From NCBI RefSeq assembly GCF_009914755.1, contig NC_060932.1: 64,000 nucleotides of DNA. One strand, given 5' to 3'. Source of the DNA: the human T2T-CHM13v2.0 reference genome, Homo sapiens. The notes beneath the pieces are model-generated. The model was not told where the DNA came from. It searched no databases and saw only the letters and a program-made list of their open reading frames with translations. This document shows, one piece after another, positions 56,194 through 64,000 of this stretch (the stretch's first letter is position 1; every line of letters starts with the position of its first letter). The translations under genes were made by a program, and so were the position numbers.

Positions 56194-56702
56194 CTGAGAA
56201 TAAAAATAAATAAGTTAGAATAAAATAAATAAAATGGAAATATACACAAACACAAAGAATCCTATTCTTAATTACATAGATCAATGCCAATCGAATCCAA
56301 AAAACTTTTTCAAATAAGCAGTTTTAATACTGTGTCATTACATATATAGAGGAACTAAACCACTTTTGAGGGAGGAAAAGAAAAAACTTTCACAGAAGAA
56401 AAAGACAAACACAAACACAGAAATTCTCTTCCAAACTCTTTGTCCAATGAGTGAGAAAACCTTCTCAGAAATCTGTCCATTGTGCTGTTGTTATCAATAC
56501 GAGTTCCCATACTGCATTTACGGGAGCTGGACAAGGCAAAGCAGCTGTCTTTTACGAACTATGTCAACATCAGGTCAGTGTTTGCAACACTGTGGTCATC
56601 TCACAGAGTTCCTGTGACTTCAAGAATGAGAAGGAGTAGAAGGGGAAAGTGGAATGGATTGAGAAATCATCAACTTTTCCCTCCCTTTGAAAGCTTACTC
56701 TG

Positions 56703-56990
56703 AGCCAGGCACAGTAGCTCACGTTTGTAATCCCAGCACTTTGGGAGGTTGAGGAAGAAGGATCGTTTGAGTCCAGGAGTTTGAGACCAGCCTGGACAAC
56801 ACAGCAAAACCCCATCTCTACAAAAAATGTAAAAATTAGCCAGGCACAGTGGCACATGTCTGTAATCCCAACTACTCAGGAAGCTGAGGTGGGAGGATTC
56901 CTTCAGCCCAGGCATTCAAGGCTGCAGTGAGCTATGATGGCAGCACCACACTCCAGCCTGGGTGACAGAGTGAGACCCTGTCTCTAAAAA
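56703..56990 (+). mobile_element. AluJ-like
   Basis: Dimeric Alu motifs. Confidence 0.9.
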
Positions 56991-57100
56991 GAAAGAAAGA
57001 GGAGAGAGAGAGAGAGAGAGAGCGAAGAGGGGAGGGGAGAGGCAGAGAGAGAGAAGAGGGGAGGGGAAGGCAGAGAGAGAGAGAGAGAAAGAGTGAGAAA

Positions 57101-57161
<61 letters not shown>

Positions 57162-57320
57162 AACGAAAGAAAGAAAGAAAGAAAGAGAAAAGAAAGAAAA
57201 AGAAAGGAAGAAAGGAAGAGAGAAAGAGGAAGAAAGAAAGGAAGAAAGGCAGAGAGAGAGAGAAAGAGGAAGAAAGAAAGAAGGAAAGGAGGGAGGGAGG
57301 GAAGGAAGGAAGGAAGGAAG
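56986..57320. repeat. Polypurine compound microsatellite (GA)n/(GAAA)n/(GGAA)n
   Basis: About 335 nt almost purely purine, grown from the Alu tail. Confidence 0.96.
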
Positions 57321-57373
57321 TGAAGTGCACTTCCTCAAACACACTGGGCCCTCACTGTTCCCAATCAGCTGAG

Positions 57374-57443
57374 AACAAATAGATTCAACATGTAACAAAT
57401 AGATTCAAATAGATTTGACTACAAATAGATTCAACACGTAACA
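57374..57443. repeat. Irregular tandem repeat, four copies of caaatagatt
   Basis: Read directly. Confidence 0.85.
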
Positions 57444-57624
57444 GCTATGACACAGTACAATATGCACAGCTAAGTAGTTCCTATTTCAGGGATTTATAGT
57501 GGCAGTGTTTACAGCAATTGCACATACTTTAAATACAATAGCAGCACTTCATAGTGGCATTTCTGAGCATGGGAATAAGAAGGCTGTTGCTTTATATTCA
57601 AATTTGCTTTCTGCATTATCTGCT

Positions 57625-57921
57625 GAGAAAGAAAAGAAACAATTTAATCTGAGGAATGCAAGCCCCTTTAAATTATCAGGCCAAGAGAGGCACTGAAATA
57701 TAACAGCCTTCACTTCTCATTCTCCTCTTGTGCTAAATAATTACCTCTTGAAGCCACTTGCTATGTGGGCTCTACGCTATCTAACACCAAGTAGCCATAA
57801 AGTGCCATAGGTTGGACACCATCACTCATACCCCACAGTTCAACAATATAGCCAATCACTAATCAATGTTATTTATGTAAACCAGTGTTAATTCCTCTCA
57901 AACAACTTTGTATCAGCCCAG
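57625..57921 (+). mobile_element. ERV1 LTR fragment (MER34/MER31-like)
   Basis: aatctgaggaatgcaagcccctttaaattatcaggcc, gccaatcactaatcaatgtta, aaacaactttgtatcagccca. Confidence 0.6.
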
Positions 57922-58288
57922 ACCTAAGAGCACACGCCCCACAGAAGTTAGGACGTTTTCCAGAGCAGCTGTCCCCACTTTGGCCTGATCAGACAAGCTC
58001 TTAAAAACTATATTTTGTGCCTCAGCCTCATCCTGTAGGTTGACTCTACCAGCACATACCGTATACCCGGAAAACACTACAGTTTAGTGTCCTTTGTCCT
58101 CTGCAAAAGAGAAACATTGAGAAAATTGCCCATACGTTTGCTGTATCTCAAACACAATTTCTAATTGATGTGTGTTTTTAAAAGATGGTATTTCCAAGGA
58201 AAGATAAGGGAATCCTTCCATGTATTGTCTCTGCCATTGTGTAACGATAAAGCAGAGTCCATACATAGACATCACATTCTCCAATCTC

Positions 58289-58472
58289 TTAGCACCCTAT
58301 TAACTCTATGTTTTGTTTTTTGTTGTTTTGTTTTGCTTTTTTTAGAGATGGGGTCTTGTTATATTGCCGAGGCTGGACTTGAACTCCTCCTGGTCTCAAG
58401 CCATCCTCCTGCCTCAGTTTCCCAAGTAACTGTGACTGCAGACCCACTCCCACCCCCACCCATGCCAACTTA
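58289..58472 (-). mobile_element. Alu monomer (FRAM/FAM-like)
   Basis: T-rich tail, gagatggggtcttg..tattgccgaggctgg..tcaagccatcctcctgcctcag. Confidence 0.75.
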
Positions 58473-58480
58473 ACTCAGAA

Positions 58481-58803
58481 TTTGTTTGTTTGTTTGTTTT
58501 TGAAATGGTGTCTCATTGTGTTGCCCAGGCTGGAGTGCAGTGGCATGATCGTGGCTCACTGCAACCTCCGCCTCCCGGGTTCAGGCGATTCTCGTGCCTC
58601 ACTCTCCCATGCTGGGAGAGTGCCTCACTCTCACATGCTGGGATTACAGGCATGTGCCACCAAGCCCAGCTAATTTTTGCATTTTTGTAGAAACCGGGTT
58701 TCGCCACGTTAGCCAGGCTGGTCTCAAACTCCTAACCTCAGGTGATCCGCCTGCCTCGGCCGCCCAAATTGTTGGGATTACAGGCGTAAACACTGCCCCC
58801 CGC
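58481..58803 (-). mobile_element. AluSx-like with internal 24-bp duplication
   Basis: Antisense Alu; cagaatttg TSD; see finding. Confidence 0.92.
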
Positions 58804-61176
58804 CTTAATCCAGAATTTGAATAATAAGAAACCAGTAAAAGAACTCTTCTTTTTTTTCCTTCAGTGTATTTAGGTAAATGAGACATGAGAAATATTTATC
58901 CCAGAAATAAAAGTTATAAAATAAATAAGCATATCTGACAAATACTCAAACACAGGAAAAACAAAATATAAACTCTGCAAGTCTAGAAAAAGCACATCAG
59001 TGACTGACACTCACAATGCCATGCCCTCTGGTTCTGGCTAGACATCTATTTGGCCCTGAATCCAGACAAATCTATCTGAGCTCAAGACTATTTAAATGAA
59101 GGTTAAATTAGATGGCTCCTCTGGAACATTTTAAGACAAGCAACTGAATCTTTCTGAAAGAGTATAAAATATGTGCAACAAGGTTTATGGAGAGCTTATT
59201 AAGATGACCCCAAATGATTGTACGTTTAAAATGCAGTTGAAGAAAATAAAGTAACCGGAGAAAAAGTTCTTCAGCCAAAGCTTATTATTCAAACATGAGT
59301 TATAAATTGCAGAATTCCTGAGCCATAAAGGACAACTGGAGAGTATCTAGGAGTCAATTTCACATTTCACATTAGAAAAGGGCAGCTACAGAAAGAAAAT
59401 GAACTATTTTATTTTTCTTTTATTAATCTAAAATTGATTTTCATCTATGTTTAGTAAAGTATAAAATAGACTAATATACATACACGTACATATCTATTAA
59501 TGAATAAAAATGGAGTGTGCATGCCCCCAAATGTTTAATAGTGCTATATAACCAAAAACAACTAGGAAACCATAGGTTGAATCGAATACCCACTCTGGAC
59601 CAGCTGTCACCTGATGACATCATTTAGTCTTTTCACCAGCTTTCCCATCCACTTGATGTCCAATAAACTTCCTTAGAATTTCTCCTCCCAAATTCGGCCA
59701 CCCCCACTCTTTGCTTCAAAATTCCCCTTTGTTTGGCGTTTCTCGACAGTCTCAGGTAGACATGACCCCGAGTCCCACTGCTAACCCATCTTACTGTGGA
59801 AAAAGCATGAAGTCCTTGGATCTGGACTAGACAGGCAGTCTGACCACACACAGCTCTGCAACCTCAGGGTCTCAGTTTCCTTGTCAGAAAAATGGGGATC
59901 ATCATATCTCCTTCACGAGATTGCCATTAGGACCAAATTAGACCAAGCATGTGAAAAAGAGTTTTCAAACTGTAAATATTGTTGCTGTTGTTCTTGTTAC
60001 TATTAAATCCTCACACCTTAATTCCTTCCTCAGTTCTTTTGTGGATAGATTAACTGACTGCACTTAGAGAACTGGAATATGAAAATTATCCAATAATTCT
60101 CAAACCAATTCCATTCACAATAGCATGACAAATGTGCACCCTCAAAAAAAAGTTATGTGTTAAGAGGTAATGAACCATTTTACAAAAAAAGGAGAACTTT
60201 ATTTTATCCCAAGATCATTAAATTAATTTAGTTGCAAGTAAATTGTAATATTTGTGGATATTTCAGGCCTTTTTCCCCTTTTCTTCTTTCTTCCTCTGGT
60301 TCTTTGCCTATTTTTCTGTCTTTTCCAATAGAGATTGGCTTCACTGTATAAAACAACAGTGACCCAAAAAAGGCATAAAACTGAAACTTACACCAGGAAT
60401 CGCACTACTTATTAGCTTTAAATGATTCAAAGGAATTCGGAGGGATGGTATCTTACATGCTGTAGATGTCTTGACTCTCACCTTCAGAGAAGTCAGAAAT
60501 GATTGTAGTTTACGGCTTTCCAGTTTTTTGATGAACAATATTCCTCTGTTGTTTGCCCACATCCAGGCCCTTTAAAAGAGTCTGGCTCTCCTCGCACAAC
60601 ACAGCCTGGCCTGCCCTGGTGAGGACCTTGCTGGACTCTTCTCCAGCATGGTTTCTCTAACTTCCCCTCAGTGGTGACTCTCTAACCCATCTCCCCAGCT
60701 TGCCACTTGCTGACTCTGTTCTCCCTCCTATTCTGCCCTCTTCTTCCTTTCAGTTGCCTTCCGTGGTCTGGTAGTCAGACCCCACTTCCCTCTCCAGTTT
60801 TCTGCATCAGCTTCCAAATTAAATGTTCTGTTCAGGCTTCTCTTTATCTAGCGGTCACACATCACTTTGTGTACTATAGACCCCCTATCTCCCCTCCTCA
60901 CCATGAGCCCCAGGAATCCCATGGAGATTGGTGGTGCCTCTTCAAGGAGACAAGAATCATATATTCAAGATTAAAATTTTCATTCTCTTCTTTTTTATGA
61001 ACACCAATTAGTGGGGCTAATTTAATATCTTGTGCAAAAGATTGGTAAATATACAAAAGCTAACTAGGTAACTGGTTTAAAGAATGACTAATATTCCTAC
61101 AACTAGTCAACGCTTTAATATTTCTCAGTTCCTTTGCATAAATGCCCACAAAAAATCATTATAAAAATAAGTATTA

Positions 61177-61470
<294 letters not shown>

Positions 61471-63371
61471 AAATTATTAAAAAGCTAAACACTACACACA
61501 CAACATAGACCCAGTCTCTAAAATTCTAGATGCAAACCTTTGAATTTAAGATTGTAATTAATGTTACAATTTGCTAAATATAGAGCTCTTGAAGTATAGG
61601 ACAATTATTGGTGGATTTAATTAAATAATTTTTTTAAAGCTACAAATATCTATTTTTAAAAATAAATAAATAAGCTATCATTCAATTCCTTGCACTAGAA
61701 ATAATCATTGTCACATTTATCTCCACAAAAAATCATAAGTTTTATTAAAAATTTCTACTCATGACAACCTTCTGATGAATTTTCCTTCCTTCTTTGAACA
61801 TTAGTGTGTGGTCTTGGTAGAATTTAGCTCAGGCTTTGCAAATAAATTTTATGTAAATATGCCCCAAACTGATTACTCTCTATGACTTTGTTAGTAGTAG
61901 GCATGGCAAAAATTATTCTTCCACATCTCAGGAAGCAGAAGATTCCATATATCATTTTTGTTATAGATATTTAATATTTTTATTTCTTTATTTCTCAATC
62001 TACAAAGCAGATTTTAAATGCTTTATCTTGACAAAAACGAAACTGCAGAAAGACAAAGCATTGACTAATTATGTCAGAATGCTCTGTCTGCTGGGGCATT
62101 TGTAAATTCTGGGAAGAGTGAACACATATTCACAAGTCACAGGTGCCATTTAATTTTAAAATGGAAAGTTAATTAATCTTACACTAGGCTCATAAAGAGT
62201 TTATTTTTGTGTGTGAAGGGGTTCTGCTTTGAGAGAAGGAATGCTTCCATTTCTTTACTCATAAGGAAAACCCTAAATTTAAGTAAAATTGGGTACAGTT
62301 GAAGTTTTTTGAGCACCTACTATTTTTCAAAGCACCAGAAGTTAACAAAAGGAGTGTTCCATTTTCTCCAAAGAAAAAACAACGTAACAGTGACCAAAAT
62401 AAATGGGTTGGCCTTTGAACCCCAAATCAACAAATGACTCATTCTTCTATGCATAATATACATTTATTATTCATAACTGGTGCTTATAGTATAAACATAT
62501 AGAATAATGTATTTATATTTATAACTAGTTCTTGCAGTGTACATCTATTAAAGTATAATATAAACAATATAAACATAGTATTAATATTAAGTCAGTTTCT
62601 GGAAACTTAAATAGTTCCTTTCCTCTCAACTCTGTGAATTCCACTGATGATATCAAGGTCAAGATACAACCTAATCAAGGAAGCAGATAGCATAGCTACG
62701 TTTATACCCTAATCACTAATGCAAGGTGACATCTACACAGTCAAAACAAAACACACCACCATCATTTCCCTTCCTAGAAACACTTATTGTCTGTGATTGA
62801 GTTTAAGAGATGAAGGTTTATATCCATTCAGTTTAAGGCAAGTCAGAGAAGAGATGAAGAAAGTGATAGAGCAGAAAATGAAGTTACTCTTGTAAGATTT
62901 AAAACCACTAAAATTATTTTCTATAAAGTAACTTTTAAAGTAAAAATATCATTAAAAATAATTAAGCACCACATATTTTGGTGAGCATAAGTACTTAGGA
63001 ACTAAACCATAGGAATGGGAACCAAATTACAGGAATTACAGCTTAGCAGACCTATCTGAAATATGGTACAATATTCATTCCAAGAATTCTAGTCATGATG
63101 GAAAGAGAATTAAAGTACTGAATGTTCTGCTTTTCTTTCCTTTTTTCCTACTTAATAACCTGAATGGAGAACAAGAGAATAAGAGAAGTTAGTGGAGAAA
63201 AGGAGACATAACAAAATTGGGATCATGGCTGGTGAAAATGAGCATAATCAAACAGACATGTTACTTCTAAAAGAGAATATCAGCAAAAGTATTTCCTAAC
63301 AGTATGAGAATCACAGGTGAACCTAAGTAGATAGGGACCATTTTCTATCAATATCCATGTGGGATTTAAAA

Positions 63372-63421
63372 ATATATATACATATATATGTGTGTGTCTG
63401 TGTGTGTGTGTGTGTGTGTGT
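63372..63421. repeat. (TA)n(TG)n microsatellite
   Basis: Read directly. Confidence 0.92.
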
Positions 63422-63423
63422 TT

Positions 63424-63729
63424 AGGCCAGGCACTGTGGTTCACATCTGTAATCCCTGCAACTCAGGAGGCCAAGGTAGAAGGATCACTTGAGACCAAGA
63501 GTTCAAGACCAGCCTGGGCAACATAACAAGACCCTATCTCTACAAAAGATTTTTTTTTTTAAATGAGCTGTGCGTGGCACATACCTGTAGTTCCAGCTAC
63601 TCAGAAAGCAGAGGTGAGAAGATTGCCAAAGCCCAGGGAGTTTGGGGCTGCACTGAGCTATGATCACGCCACTGCACTCTAGCCTCCTGGGTGACAGAGT
63701 GAGACCTTGTCTCTCAAAAAAGAAAAAAA
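63424..63729 (+). mobile_element. AluJ-like
   Basis: Dimeric Alu motifs. Confidence 0.9.
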
Positions 63730-64000
63730 TGTTTTTAATATCAGTGTCTGTCCTCGTCAGCTAGCTAATATGGTTATAATTCTCCTTTTTTTAAAATCAA
63801 TGCATTGCTCACCAAAAAAAGATGACTGTGATACAGTGGAATATAATTAGACAAGAATATATGATTCACAACTCATTGATGAGAATTCTTGTAATTTATC
63901 ATTAATATTAAAATTCTAACACTAACCTTTCTTCACTATTCCATGTAAAAGATTTAAAAGGTGCACTTGATAAATGAAGTTTGTACTGCAGAAAAAAAGC

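Noticed and set aside
56916-57398. 160-aa F/L/S-rich and 76-aa K/E/R-rich ORFs
   Set aside because: Artefacts of the polypurine microsatellite.

Overview
Primate (most likely human, 8q21.3-type) genomic DNA, AT-rich and largely made of interspersed repeats. The only intact protein-coding sequence I can support is the last coding exon of PSKH2 (minus strand, 55888-56193); everything from 56194 to the window end reads as PSKH2 intron. There are two processed ribosomal-protein pseudogenes (RPL36A-like ~24186-24611, RPL32-like ~50475-50992), about 25 Alus, L1/L2/MIR fragments, MaLR/ERV LTRs with a nested ERV1/MER21 cluster (26.8-29.7 kb), a MER44-type DNA transposon and several microsatellites. 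I found no convincing novel biological system. The best leads are a 105-bp dispersed duplication with a nested-palindrome junction (template-switch scar), several rearranged Alus, and two non-repeat blocks (11.4-13.2 kb and 47-49 kb) with plus-strand splice signals that may be unannotated or decayed transcription units. Repeat subfamily names are recalled by eye, not from a database run.
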